Positions 8,918 to 19,155 of a stretch of DNA of 64,000 nucleotides are shown one piece after another; position 1 is the first letter of the stretch; every line of letters begins with the position of its first letter. The stretch lies in IMG/VR virus record IMGVR_UViG_3300023119_000004. One strand, given 5' to 3'. This DNA is from a virus (lineage: Duplodnaviria; Caudoviricetes). Both the position numbers and the translations under genes were made by a program. The notes under the pieces are model-generated. The model saw nothing but the letters and a program-made list of their open reading frames with translations. It ran no database searches and was not told the origin of the DNA.

Positions 8918-11038
8918 ATGACAGCGGCATATTACGATTTTTTTAGACAAATAAGACTCTTTAGTCAAGATGGTACTCTACTGCATACTATGGAAGCAGA
9001 TAGTACTACAGACTATGTAGATATCCTACCTGGTGAAGGTGTACGTTGGAACAACGTAAATGACTCAACAGTTGATGGGTTTGTTCTTGATGTCCAGTAT
9101 AACTTCGAAGTACCCCTTGCTTCAACTACTTTACGATTGTCAGATGTAAATGCAAATGCTAAAGATATTGAATTAGTTGCAGGAACTAATATTAGTATTG
9201 TTCGTAACAATAGTGGTAGATTAACATTTTCAGCACTAGTTGGTGGTGTTAGTAAAAGTATTCAAACTATTACCACAACAAATCCAGTTAGAATTACAAC
9301 AGTTAATCAACACGACTTTGCGGAAGGTACTCCGGTAACTATTGTAGATGTTGTTGGTACAACAGAATTGAACGGTAATGAATACTTTATGGACATTATC
9401 GATTCAACAACATTTGATTTATACACAGACGAAGATAGAACTGTTCCACTAGATGGTACAGCATTTACAGCATACGTTTCGGGTGGTGTTGCTACTGCTG
9501 ACTATGGTGGTGCAAAACAAGCATTTAAAACAATCGCTGTTACAGGGCAATCTCCTATAGTAGCAGACAACGTTCAAGACACGTTAACAATCACTGGCGG
9601 CGGAGGTATTGATATTACAACATTCCCCGGTAGTGATGCAATGACTATCGAAATTGACACAAACGTTATTACATCAACAGGTAGTCAAACACTAGTAAAC
9701 AAAACACTAGCATTCCAAAACAACACGATTACAATGTTGTTAAGTGAATTAAACACGGCAGTTACTGATACAGATGTTGTTGGTATTGATGAAACACAAA
9801 CACTTACAAACAAAACACTAACAGCACCAGTTATTTCAAGTATTAGTAATACAGGTACGTTAACACTTCCAACAGATACTGATACACTAGTTGGTAGAGC
9901 AACAACAGATACACTTACAAATAAAAGTATTGACTTTAATGATAATACTGTTACAATGACGTTTGCTCAGTTGAATACTGCAATAAGTGATGCAACAGTT
10001 GTTGATCTAGATGATTCTCAAACACTTACAAATAAGTCAATTGATGCAAGTAACAATACACTTTCAAACATTGCAAACTCGTCATTAACAAACAGCAGTA
10101 TTACTTTTAGTGACGGTACTACTACAGACGCAACAGCATTAGGCGGAACATTTACAGTTACCGGAGGTACAGGACTTACGTCAACTGTAAGCACTGGTGC
10201 AGTAACACTTGCTATTGATACTACAGTTGTTACATTAACAGGAACACAAACACTGACAAACAAATCAATTGATGCGAGTCAGTTAACAGGCACAGTTGAT
10301 AATGCTAGACTTGACCAACAATTACAAGATGTTGCAGGAATGACTCCAACAGACAGTAATTTTATTGTTGGTGACGGTACAAACTTTGTATTAGAATCTG
10401 GTGCAACAGCAAGAACAAGTTTAGGTTTAACTATTGGTACAGATGTACAAGCCTGGGACGCAGACCTTGATGCACTTGCTGGGTTAACTTCTGCGGCAGA
10501 TAAAGGAATTTATTGGACTGGTGCTAATACTGCTGGTACATTTGATTTTTATAACATTGGTAGAACATTCTTAGGTGCAACTAACGTAGGTAATGCCGCT
10601 GGTTCACAGCGTAAGTTATTAGGTTTAGATAATGACGACAATGTTACACACGGTAGTTTAGGTGTTGGTACTACAGCAAGTGGTACAGCAGGTGAGATTA
10701 GAGCCACAGATAACATCACAGCATACTATTCATCAGACATGGCACTAAAAGAAAATATAACAGTTATTGATAATGCACTTGATAAACTTAAACAGTTAAA
10801 CGGTGTGTTCTTTGACTGGACAAAAGAATATATGGATAAACGTGGAGGCGAAGATGGATACTTTGTCAAGAAGAAAGACACAGGTATTATTGCACAAGAC
10901 GTAGAAAAAGTATTACCTGAAATTGTAAGAACCAAACAAGACGGGTTCAAAGGCGTACAATACGAAAAACTTGCTGGATTACTAATCGAAGCAATTAAAG
11001 AACTAAACGAAAAAGTAGATAATTTGAGGAAGTCATAA
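8918..11038 (+). CDS. Tail fibre with C-terminal peptidase S74 intramolecular chaperone
   Basis: T/G-rich body; C-terminal YSSDMALKENI...W...GIIAQDVEKVLPEIV...VQYEKLAGLLIEAIKEL. Confidence 0.88.
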   Translation: MTAAYYDFFRQIRLFSQDGTLLHTMEADSTTDYVDILPGEGVRWNNVNDSTVDGFVLDVQYNFEVPLASTTLRLSDVNANAKDIELVAGTNISIVRNNSGRLTFSALVGGVSKSIQTITTTNPVRITTVNQHDFAEGTPVTIVDVVGTTELNGNEYFMDIIDSTTFDLYTDEDRTVPLDGTAFTAYVSGGVATADYGGAKQAFKTIAVTGQSPIVADNVQDTLTITGGGGIDITTFPGSDAMTIEIDTNVITSTGSQTLVNKTLAFQNNTITMLLSELNTAVTDTDVVGIDETQTLTNKTLTAPVISSISNTGTLTLPTDTDTLVGRATTDTLTNKSIDFNDNTVTMTFAQLNTAISDATVVDLDDSQTLTNKSIDASNNTLSNIANSSLTNSSITFSDGTTTDATALGGTFTVTGGTGLTSTVSTGAVTLAIDTTVVTLTGTQTLTNKSIDASQLTGTVDNARLDQQLQDVAGMTPTDSNFIVGDGTNFVLESGATARTSLGLTIGTDVQAWDADLDALAGLTSAADKGIYWTGANTAGTFDFYNIGRTFLGATNVGNAAGSQRKLLGLDNDDNVTHGSLGVGTTASGTAGEIRATDNITAYYSSDMALKENITVIDNALDKLKQLNGVFFDWTKEYMDKRGGEDGYFVKKKDTGIIAQDVEKVLPEIVRTKQDGFKGVQYEKLAGLLIEAIKELNEKVDNLRKS
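9684..10270 (+). repeat. Five (Q/D)TL(T/V)NK(T/S)(L/I) peptide repeats in tail fibre
   Basis: QTLVNKTL, QTLTNKTL, DTLTNKSI, QTLTNKSI, QTLTNKSI seen in translation. Confidence 0.75.
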
Positions 11039-12603
11039 TGCCCCTTCCTACCACCGGCGCACTATCACTAGACGACATTCAACAAGAATATAAACAGGCC
11101 GCAAGTGGCACTGAAGTTGCTCTTAATGATTATAGAGCCTACTATGACACATCAAAAATCTTTGTATTTTTAAGCCTTACAAATGGCAAACTAGCAATTG
11201 GTAGTTTTACCGCAGATCAAGATGTTTATTATCCATTTAATCGAATTGAAATAGTTATTAGAGCAGATTCTACACTTACAGGCATTCCGGTCAGGATTAG
11301 CAGTAGTGACGAAAATGGCAATGCTGATCTAATAAGTTCTACAAATGGTGTAACAAATAACAATGCAGACACAGGAAATACTATGATTGCTGTTGACGGA
11401 ACAAACAGTTATTTTGATAGTTTAACATCAGCCGGGCCAAGCACTAACTCTTTTTATGTAAAAACTGATACTGCTAGTCACGGATCTTTTAAATTTAGAT
11501 TTTATCCTGATGTTCCAAGTGGAAATTTAGTATATAGGCACTCACCTAGTTGTGTAATTAATATTCCAACAAACATTCTCGGAGGCAGTGAACTTACTTT
11601 AGCAAACAACGGTAATTATTTTGCTATTGATAGTAATACTAGTTTTGCTTCAATGTTAAAGAATGGAAGATCCTGGTCATTCCAGATGACGTGTGATCCT
11701 ATTCCTAGTTTATATAGTGGGGGATCATATCTTGCAGTATACATTGGACCATTCTATCTTGCGACAGCAACTGGCGCGGCACCATACACATACTCATTTG
11801 GCACAGCATTTAATATGGCTTGGCGACAAACAGGCAGTTATGTTGGGGGCGGCGGATTAGCCAACAACGCTAATAACGTAGCACAGGTTATTGCGGCTAA
11901 CACAGGCCAGGCAACACTCGGTGGTGCTGTTACTGGAATAACGCTATCATGGACGCGAAGCAACTCTTTATTAACCGGCACTATTACAAACAACAGTGGA
12001 AGTGATTACTTGGTTGGAAAATATACAGGAGGCGGCACTAATAGATTTATGCCTTGTACTGTTGCTTATACCGATGCAAACACAGCGAATACATTTACTA
12101 ATAGTAGTACTACTTGGGGAGACCCTCATGTTAGACAAGCATACGGAAGTTCTTTAAGTTTTCAAGTCCAATTAACATATACCGATCAAGGTAGTCAACA
12201 AACTCAGTATGTTAGAACAGTTAATTGTCCCCATGGTGCAACATTTGGTACTGTTAGAACAACTATTAAAGAAGCCCTTAAAGAAGTTTATTATACCGGT
12301 GATCCTAGATCAATAAATCCGCCACAAGCAGATTATCCTATTTTTGATTTTGAAGATGTAGCAGGTGGATTAAAAGTAACAAGAGTTGGTGGTAGAGGAA
12401 CACTAACAGGAACAATAACTTTTATTGATACAAGTCTTGCAACAGTACAACTTTCAAATGATGTAACAACAGGCGCGGCAAATACCGGCATTACTTACAC
12501 AGCCGCAGGAAGTCTACAAGCAGACGTTACCAATAACAATGTTGAAAGATCACTTTTAAATATGTCAGTTGAAGATTATAGGGGAGGTGCAATTGATGTA
12601 TAA
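11038..12603 (+). CDS. Tail-fibre-associated/receptor-binding protein
   Basis: MPLPTTGALSLDDIQQEY N-terminus typical of genes following S74 fibres; G/T/S/N-rich. Confidence 0.65.
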   Translation: MPLPTTGALSLDDIQQEYKQAASGTEVALNDYRAYYDTSKIFVFLSLTNGKLAIGSFTADQDVYYPFNRIEIVIRADSTLTGIPVRISSSDENGNADLISSTNGVTNNNADTGNTMIAVDGTNSYFDSLTSAGPSTNSFYVKTDTASHGSFKFRFYPDVPSGNLVYRHSPSCVINIPTNILGGSELTLANNGNYFAIDSNTSFASMLKNGRSWSFQMTCDPIPSLYSGGSYLAVYIGPFYLATATGAAPYTYSFGTAFNMAWRQTGSYVGGGGLANNANNVAQVIAANTGQATLGGAVTGITLSWTRSNSLLTGTITNNSGSDYLVGKYTGGGTNRFMPCTVAYTDANTANTFTNSSTTWGDPHVRQAYGSSLSFQVQLTYTDQGSQQTQYVRTVNCPHGATFGTVRTTIKEALKEVYYTGDPRSINPPQADYPIFDFEDVAGGLKVTRVGGRGTLTGTITFIDTSLATVQLSNDVTTGAANTGITYTAAGSLQADVTNNNVERSLLNMSVEDYRGGAIDV

Positions 12604-12707
12604 CAAAGAGCATGAAGAATTTTTAAAAGAAAGAAAAAGAATAGCAGAAGAATCTAAAAGAAATCAACCATTCCTTCCTCCATTGCTACTTCCTGATCAA
12701 GAAGAAT

Positions 12708-13004
12708 CTACTTCTTCTCTTCCCGCTTCAGATCTCGACGAATAGTTTTAAGTTCTTTAACAACTTCAAGAAATTTTAATCTATTATCTTCAAGCATATC
12801 TGTTAAACTTTTTACAGCATAGATAACCCACCACCACCAAGTAAAGGCAGTAACGCCAAATCCAACTGCTATAATGAGTAATACCCAATCGTAAAAATGT
12901 GCTATGTCAAAGATTAGTACTAGTATTAGTGCGAAAAGTGCTGTTAAAGGAAGCACCCGTCCCATCCACGCCCATATTTTGACGTGCTTTTCAAATTTGT
13001 TCAT
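12708..13004 (-). CDS. Membrane protein (2 TM)
   Basis: Two hydrophobic segments, WWWW. Confidence 0.65.
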   Translation of the reverse strand: MNKFEKHVKIWAWMGRVLPLTALFALILVLIFDIAHFYDWVLLIIAVGFGVTAFTWWWWVIYAVKSLTDMLEDNRLKFLEVVKELKTIRRDLKREEKK

Positions 13005-13005
13005 T

Positions 13006-14124
13006 CTATGCTCCTATTGTGCCAAATGGTTTCCATTCGCCTGGGGTTCCTTCGCGAATGCAAACCCAACCAACATATCCTGTTGGGGTTGGATGTTCAT
13101 TCCAAACAATATCGCCTCTTGCGTAGATACCAGTTGACGGAGCCTCATTTCCAATTTCGAATTTTTTACCTTGAAATTTAATAGGTCCACCTACACTTAG
13201 TGGAGCATCAGGATTGTTTACGCCAATCCCTAGTTTACCTTTTACAGTAACCTGTGCTTCTACATCTGTTCCTAGTTCAATCTTTCCGTTAGCCTTAACT
13301 TTAATTCTAACTTGATCGTCTGTAACTATTTCCAGATCGTGTGTTGTGTATGTTCCTGTTTTTACACTATTGTAATCAGGGTCGACAATGTATTCAACTT
13401 CATTGCTACAAACACTTAATTGACCGTTAGCGGCTTCAGTACCAATACCAAGACGCATACCATCTCCATCATAGAAGATAAATTGATCAATTATTAAGTT
13501 GCCTTCAGTTCTTAAGTTTCTTAGTGTGCCTACTGATCTTAGGCTACTGTCTTGAATAGACTCACCTAATGCTGTTTCACTAATTGCTGTTTTATTGTTA
13601 ATTTTGTATTCTTTACCCTCACGTAGATCAAAGTCTTCAGTAGACCATAATCTATCTGGGTGAGCCTGCATTACAAGTTGCCTAGTGTAATCTACTCCAG
13701 TCCACATAAGGCCCTTGCCGTATAAACTTTCTTCTTCACAGTTAAAAGTTAAAGGACTAGTTCTTTCATTACGGACGTCTGCTTGGAGTTCGTTTACTAT
13801 CATCTTCTGAGCGTGTACAGTACCTACAACGTTTAAGTTACGTTCTACTTGTACATCTCCAAGAAGTTTAACAGTATCAATACTGTCAACTGAAATCTTA
13901 CCATTCTCAACAATCAATGACTGCTGACTAGCACGGTCCTGAATACCTACACTAGTAAAATGGCTGATCATACCACCGTGTACCCAATCGCCACTAATTT
14001 CATCATTAGTGAACGTTGCCTTAGGTGGCTGTCTATTCGCTAGGGTGTCAATTGCTTGACCTAACTGCTGAAGGCCGTTTTTAACGGCTAGGATTTCTGT
14101 TTCTTGAAGATCATTATTGCTCAT
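13006..14124 (-). CDS. Virion structural/fibre-like protein
   Basis: 372 aa, RLGIGT and KLGIGVNNP fibre motifs; late promoter at 14130-14137. Confidence 0.6.
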   Translation of the reverse strand: MSNNDLQETEILAVKNGLQQLGQAIDTLANRQPPKATFTNDEISGDWVHGGMISHFTSVGIQDRASQQSLIVENGKISVDSIDTVKLLGDVQVERNLNVVGTVHAQKMIVNELQADVRNERTSPLTFNCEEESLYGKGLMWTGVDYTRQLVMQAHPDRLWSTEDFDLREGKEYKINNKTAISETALGESIQDSSLRSVGTLRNLRTEGNLIIDQFIFYDGDGMRLGIGTEAANGQLSVCSNEVEYIVDPDYNSVKTGTYTTHDLEIVTDDQVRIKVKANGKIELGTDVEAQVTVKGKLGIGVNNPDAPLSVGGPIKFQGKKFEIGNEAPSTGIYARGDIVWNEHPTPTGYVGWVCIREGTPGEWKPFGTIGA

Positions 14125-14144
14125 ATTATTATTTATCTAGATTG

Positions 14145-15452
14145 CTACAGTATGGCTTTTAGCAAAATAGTTTCAGCATTAATACGGCCGTTTAGTTTGA
14201 TGTCTACTGCATTGATTTCATCTAAGAATGTAACTATTTTACGTTTACCAGCATCTTGAAACTCTTTAAGTTTCTCTTCTGGTTTACGTAGTGTTTTTTG
14301 AATACTCTTTTCTTCATCAAAGTCTTGTATAGTAGTACCTTTAACACTTAATCCACTACCTTCTCTTCCTTGGTGTAATGGATCAATAACTCTAGCAACA
14401 TACTTGCCTAGTTTACGTGTTTTAATGTTAAACACCCACAACTCACTAGCACCAATAATATCCTGTGGATTGATACTTACTAGTTGGAACTTGTCATCAT
14501 TAACTGCATACTTCATTTTAGCAACCATCTTTTCCTTACTACGGATACGTTTACGTGGTTTTCTATTTGCTTTAGCAGTATTGATAATAACATCTAAAGC
14601 ACCGTTAAGTGAATCTAGTGCTTTAACTTTAACTTGAATTTGTTTTTTAGGATATACAGAGTATGCTTCACTAAGTTGATTCCAATCTTCTTGTTCATCT
14701 TCGCTTAGTTTAGCAATGGCCGCTTTGGTAGGAATATCTAATACTTTTTGTAATTCCTCTTGTTCAGGAATATAAAACTCTTTCATCTTACGAGCGTGTG
14801 CCTGTGTACAGTTTACTTCTCGCAAATGCTTGGCAATATCAAACCCTTTTGGATTAAACTTAGCAAAATCTTCTAACCACACTTCTAGCCATTCGTCAAT
14901 CTTTTCACTCATTTGATAAGACTGGAGTCGGATACGATCCTGTATGCTCATTTTTACAGGTGCTTCTTTCTTTTCTTTTTCTTCTTCTGCTTTTTTAACT
15001 TCTTCTACCATACTCTCCGCTTGTGTATATAACTCGCTAAGGAATTTATTTACCGATTCTGATAGCGGTTTAGGAGTACCCATAGTTCCTGCAAGGCTTT
15101 CCCAGTACTTATTGTATGCCTCGTGTACATCTGGACATCCTAATGTGAGCATATGACACAATCCACCAACTGTGGAACCAAAACGACTGTCAGGCAGTTT
15201 GGATAATGTTTTAGCCTTTGATTTCCATTGCTCGTTATTTTTACACCATTCAAGAACCCAACGTTTGTAGTCGCTACCCTTGTACTCCAAACGATAGTTG
15301 TCAAACGCAGATTGCTTTAGTCGACCATATGCTTCGCCACTAAGTTCGGCCGCACCAGAAAAATCAATATCAAAATTCTTATTGGCTCCGCGACGTGCAA
15401 CAGTTCTTTTTTTCTTCCTAGGGGATCCTTTTAATAGGTTCTTACCTGCCAT
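14145..15452 (-). CDS. Conserved myovirus hypothetical protein
   Basis: 435-aa ORF with SD and early promoter; C-terminal LWVFNIKTRKLGKY...KTLRKPEE. Confidence 0.65.
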   Translation of the reverse strand: MAGKNLLKGSPRKKKRTVARRGANKNFDIDFSGAAELSGEAYGRLKQSAFDNYRLEYKGSDYKRWVLEWCKNNEQWKSKAKTLSKLPDSRFGSTVGGLCHMLTLGCPDVHEAYNKYWESLAGTMGTPKPLSESVNKFLSELYTQAESMVEEVKKAEEEKEKKEAPVKMSIQDRIRLQSYQMSEKIDEWLEVWLEDFAKFNPKGFDIAKHLREVNCTQAHARKMKEFYIPEQEELQKVLDIPTKAAIAKLSEDEQEDWNQLSEAYSVYPKKQIQVKVKALDSLNGALDVIINTAKANRKPRKRIRSKEKMVAKMKYAVNDDKFQLVSINPQDIIGASELWVFNIKTRKLGKYVARVIDPLHQGREGSGLSVKGTTIQDFDEEKSIQKTLRKPEEKLKEFQDAGKRKIVTFLDEINAVDIKLNGRINAETILLKAIL

Positions 15453-15537
15453 TTCATCTCCAATACTGTGTGATTAGTTAAAACTATATAGCCTAATGTA
15501 AAAAAGTCAAGCAGAAAAAGAATGTTTTTTGTTCTTT

Positions 15538-16851
15538 TTATAATTTTTCACCTACATCAAAGCCGCGAAATGTTTTGAATCTTGGAAAACGCAAACTGTA
15601 AGTACCGTCCTGATTTTGTGTAATTGCGTCTGCTCGTACTTCTACAATATTGCCAATAAGTGTGCTACGATCATTCCAAAAATTATCACGATCGCTGTCG
15701 CTAAACCCACTCCCAACATTAACTTTGATATCTCTTCCGTCATCAAGTCCTTCACAAACGAGTGCACCAAGTTTACCAACATTCCGTCCTGTTCCTTCTT
15801 CGACATCTTTTACCTCCAATGATACCTCAATAAATGGTTTCATCTTTAACCAACTATGAGATCGTTTACATTCATAAGGAGCATCAACGTCCTTAATCAT
15901 AACTCCTTCATAACCACCGTCTACAGCCGCTTTATTTAGGTCTACAAAGCGTTTTTCGCCTTCAGGAGTACTTAGGTCTACCTCTTCCCAGTCCAACGCT
16001 TGTACGTGCTTTAAAACGCTACTATGCTGGTCTACCCAAGCCTTAACTGCTTGGCTTCTAAACGATTGTGGTTTGTCCCAGCCACCTTCCAAAAACTTAT
16101 CCAAAGGACACATATCAAATAAATGGAGAACTGCGTCTGTGGCATTGCCTCCACTCTTTCTGTGTACCTGCTTCATTAAGTCTTGGAAGTTAGCACTCAT
16201 TACTTCTCCGTCTAGCACAAGATCGTATGGTGCAGGGTTATCCTTTAATACTGTTTCAAGTTCTTCAATGATGTGTCCAAAGTTGTGAAACTGTTTACCA
16301 TTACGGCTAAACGTTTCAACTTTACCATTCTTGCATACTGCAAGAACCCTAACACCATCTAGTTTGATTTCGATCTGTTTCTTGCCAACCATTTTCTTTT
16401 CATGCTTGGCAGAGTCGTGTGCGAGTTGACAAGTAAACACAGGAACACAACCTGGTACTATTTTGTTTACTGTCTTTTCACTTACTCCACAACGTAAATC
16501 TTTGATAAGAATTCTACGATACCAACCATTCCATTGTTCTGCTGTTGCAACACTCATAGACAATTCAATAGCATCACGTGCCGCATGACCGGTTAGTTCT
16601 CGATTTTGTAATTTTTCAGCAAGTTCTTTAAACACATTCCAAGCAAGTCCTTGTGCTGATAATACTTCGTTCTCTGCTTTTTCTGGAACTTGTTTCACAC
16701 CAAATGTTACAAGTGCGTCAAGACACATACGTACACCATCAAAGAACTCTGGTAGTCCTTCATCGTGTGCTTTTTGTAGGATTGCTTCTTTGCCCAAACG
16801 TGAGTTGTCTGCTTCTAGTTGAGCGATAATATCTTGTGGTTGTGTTCTCAT
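15538..16851 (-). CDS. lig: ATP-dependent DNA ligase
   Basis: KLDGVR motif I, LDGE, YEGVMIK, WLKMK, VGSGFSD, SLRFPRF. Confidence 0.95.
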   Translation of the reverse strand: MRTQPQDIIAQLEADNSRLGKEAILQKAHDEGLPEFFDGVRMCLDALVTFGVKQVPEKAENEVLSAQGLAWNVFKELAEKLQNRELTGHAARDAIELSMSVATAEQWNGWYRRILIKDLRCGVSEKTVNKIVPGCVPVFTCQLAHDSAKHEKKMVGKKQIEIKLDGVRVLAVCKNGKVETFSRNGKQFHNFGHIIEELETVLKDNPAPYDLVLDGEVMSANFQDLMKQVHRKSGGNATDAVLHLFDMCPLDKFLEGGWDKPQSFRSQAVKAWVDQHSSVLKHVQALDWEEVDLSTPEGEKRFVDLNKAAVDGGYEGVMIKDVDAPYECKRSHSWLKMKPFIEVSLEVKDVEEGTGRNVGKLGALVCEGLDDGRDIKVNVGSGFSDSDRDNFWNDRSTLIGNIVEVRADAITQNQDGTYSLRFPRFKTFRGFDVGEKL

Positions 16852-16884
16852 ACTTGCCTCTCAGTTGCCTTATTAATAGTTTAT

Positions 16885-16913
16885 ATTATATATTAAACAC
16901 ATCTAAAAGTCAA
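16885..16913 (-). promoter_or_regulatory. Early promoter TTGACT-N17-TATAAT
   Basis: Consensus hexamers upstream of ligase. Confidence 0.75.
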
Positions 16914-17486
16914 CTAAAAATTATCCAAAAATTGTTCTTGCATTTTTATTTTAGCCTCTTTGTAGGATTCTACTTCTACATTTTGAATTTGGATATCACT
17001 TGGCAAAAACACATACGTAATAATTGAACTTGGTAATTTACTAGTTTTAAGTCCGTCACCTGCAGATATACAGTATTTGGTTAGTGTTTGTTTATCAATT
17101 ACTGCGGCACTATTATTATCGCATATAAGCAAGAAGTCTGCATAACTTTCTGGTAAATCTCTACCCTCACTTGATCCTCTGCTATTCATAAGTTGTAGAT
17201 CTGATACGTGCTTTTTTTGTTTCTGTGTTTTGCTGGTAAACAAACAATCTTGTGTGTATTTCATTTCAACTGTTGTACCGTCGGGCAATACATGATCAAT
17301 ACCTTCAACATTAATATAACGCATTTGACCATTGCTGAATTTTTCTAACGATTTTTCAAACAAGTCGCTTTTATCAAAACGTAACTTACGTTCATTTAGT
17401 TCATCACCGACTGTTGAAACAAGTGTGCAGAACCTACTCCACTCTATATTTGATCTAAGCCAATCTGCTAATTCATTAGTGTTCAT
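16914..17486 (-). CDS. PD-(D/E)xK restriction-endonuclease-like protein
   Basis: EGIDHVLPDGTTVEMK (D...ExK). Confidence 0.55.
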   Translation of the reverse strand: MNTNELADWLRSNIEWSRFCTLVSTVGDELNERKLRFDKSDLFEKSLEKFSNGQMRYINVEGIDHVLPDGTTVEMKYTQDCLFTSKTQKQKKHVSDLQLMNSRGSSEGRDLPESYADFLLICDNNSAAVIDKQTLTKYCISAGDGLKTSKLPSSIITYVFLPSDIQIQNVEVESYKEAKIKMQEQFLDNF

Positions 17487-17514
17487 TAACTACTCCATCC
17501 ACTAATTACTTATT

Positions 17515-17591
17515 TGGCGCACTCGAAGAGATTCGAACTCCTGGCCTCCAGTTCCGCAAACTGGCGTTCTATCCAACTGAACTACGAGTGC
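17515..17591 (-). tRNA. tRNA-Arg(GCG)
   Basis: Acceptor GCACTCG/CGAGTGC, G73, encoded CCA; anticodon arm CCAGT-TTGCGGA-ACTGG; T-loop GTTCGAATC. Confidence 0.93.
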
Positions 17592-17600
17592 GTAATTATT

Positions 17601-17629
17601 ATACTACAATATTCTTTGGTGAAAGTCAA
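17601..17629 (-). promoter_or_regulatory. Promoter TTGACT-N17-TAGTAT for tRNA-Arg
   Basis: Hexamers with 17-nt spacer, 10 nt upstream of tRNA. Confidence 0.7.
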
Positions 17630-17633
17630 GAGA

Positions 17634-17662
17634 AAAAAATAGGCGACATAAAGCCGCCTACT
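17634..17662 (-). terminator. Rho-independent terminator
   Basis: TAGGCGGC...GTCGCCTA hairpin followed by T7 on the minus strand. Confidence 0.7.
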
Positions 17663-17690
17663 TTCTTTAAGATTGAAATAAGGATTTAGA

Positions 17691-17933
17691 TTATACTAAA
17701 CCTTTTGCCATTGCTTTGTAACCAGCGGCTACAACTGCTCTTGACGGAGTACCTAATCTGTACTTCTTAACACCTTTTTTAGTGTTTAGGTACACAGGGT
17801 ATCCTGCAAATCTTAGTGATTGAATAACTGCTTGTGGGTTACCAGCACCAAATTTAGAAGCAATTTGCTCTGAAGTTAGTTCTTTACCGTTTTGTAAAGC
17901 AGTTAATACGCTATCTTGAATAGTAGTTTTCAT
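17691..17933 (-). CDS. Winged helix-turn-helix protein
   Basis: VLTALQNGKELTSEQIASKFGAGNPQAVIQSLRFAGYPVY; strong SD and own promoter at 17998-18026. Confidence 0.7.
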   Translation of the reverse strand: MKTTIQDSVLTALQNGKELTSEQIASKFGAGNPQAVIQSLRFAGYPVYLNTKKGVKKYRLGTPSRAVVAAGYKAMAKGLV

Positions 17934-18041
17934 TAATTTTCTCCTTAATTAAGTTTCAATTAGCAATGAACAGGGAAAGTCTCCATGTTCTTTATATATA
18001 ATACACTAAAAATTTAATAAAGTCAACGACTTATTTGCCAA

Positions 18042-18641
18042 TTACACAAAATCGGGTCCATGTACCCATCCAACTAATGACTTTCGGATGCCTTTAGTTA
18101 CAGGTGTTACTTTGTGTGGCAAATAACTTGGGAAGAAACAGATTTGATTGTATTGTAGATCACAGTTAATGCCTTTGTAGTCTACATCAAGAATTAGATC
18201 GCCACCTTCAAACTCGTTTGGATCGTTCAATAGCAAACTAAAACTTAGTTTTCGTGTATCACCATTTTGTCCTTTAAGGGCACCATCGCAATGTGTTACA
18301 TAATGACCTTTCTTTTCTGCGGTATATACACTATACTGGCAAGGTTCTAAATAGGTAATAGCAAATTTGTATAATGTATTATTTGCATAATGCACAGCAT
18401 CGCCTAACCTTGCATAAATTTCTGGAAAACGGTTTGTGTCAATCCAACTAATATCAGTTGATCGAACAGTATCGTTTGAGCCTACTGCATTGTCATCCTC
18501 GATAAATCCAGCGGGTTCTAATGGGTTCTCTTTGTTCACATAGTCAGCCAATTCTTGTATTTGTTCTGGTATTAGAACATTGTCTAACTTAAAATGCGGA
18601 AATGGATTGCTGTTAATTAATGGTGGAACTAAATTATACAT
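18042..18641 (-). CDS. PKHD-type 2OG-Fe(II) prolyl-hydroxylase-like oxygenase
   Basis: HCDG...RKLSFSLLL..FEGGDL...FPSYLPHKVTPVTKGIRKSLVGW. Confidence 0.9.
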   Translation of the reverse strand: MYNLVPPLINSNPFPHFKLDNVLIPEQIQELADYVNKENPLEPAGFIEDDNAVGSNDTVRSTDISWIDTNRFPEIYARLGDAVHYANNTLYKFAITYLEPCQYSVYTAEKKGHYVTHCDGALKGQNGDTRKLSFSLLLNDPNEFEGGDLILDVDYKGINCDLQYNQICFFPSYLPHKVTPVTKGIRKSLVGWVHGPDFV

Positions 18642-19155
18642 TTGTTGCTCTAATCTGTAGTGTTACTCTTGTCTGTTTTGCCCACGGAGTAATACTAGTA
18701 ACCGAGTGCATAACAGGCTTTTCCATTCTATTAATCAAGATCATTTTGTTGTAATTTGGTTCTTCGGCAATAATTTTTCCTAGTGTGCTATCTCTATATA
18801 AAAACAATCCACCATCGTTAAAATCCCAATCATGATTAAGATAAACTGTTGCACTAGCACCATACCCCATATCATCGTGCCAATCTAGCATACTGTTTCT
18901 ATTCCAAAGGTACACGTATGATTTAAAATCGTAATCTTTTAATCTTGGATCTACTTCAACAATAAGTTTTTTAAGTTCTTCGTTAAACTCGTCAATTAAA
19001 GTCATATTAAAACTAGTTGAGCCTTCGTGAACAATGTTATCAACACTATGGCTTGTCATCCAAGCAAATGAATTGCTTTGAATTTTTTCTTTGATATGAA
19101 GAGCAATATCTTCAATCATTTTTTGAGGTAGAAAGTTTTCTTTAATTGTAATCAT
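18634..19155 (-). CDS. 2OG-Fe(II) oxygenase
   Basis: WHDD..SATVYLN..GGLF...HSVT..RVTLQ. Confidence 0.85.
   Translation of the reverse strand: MITIKENFLPQKMIEDIALHIKEKIQSNSFAWMTSHSVDNIVHEGSTSFNMTLIDEFNEELKKLIVEVDPRLKDYDFKSYVYLWNRNSMLDWHDDMGYGASATVYLNHDWDFNDGGLFLYRDSTLGKIIAEEPNYNKMILINRMEKPVMHSVTSITPWAKQTRVTLQIRATNV

Noticed and set aside
12596-12745. 49-aa plus-strand ORF after the fibre partner
   Set aside because: Overlaps a convergent gene by 38 nt and has no recognisable motif; too weak to call.
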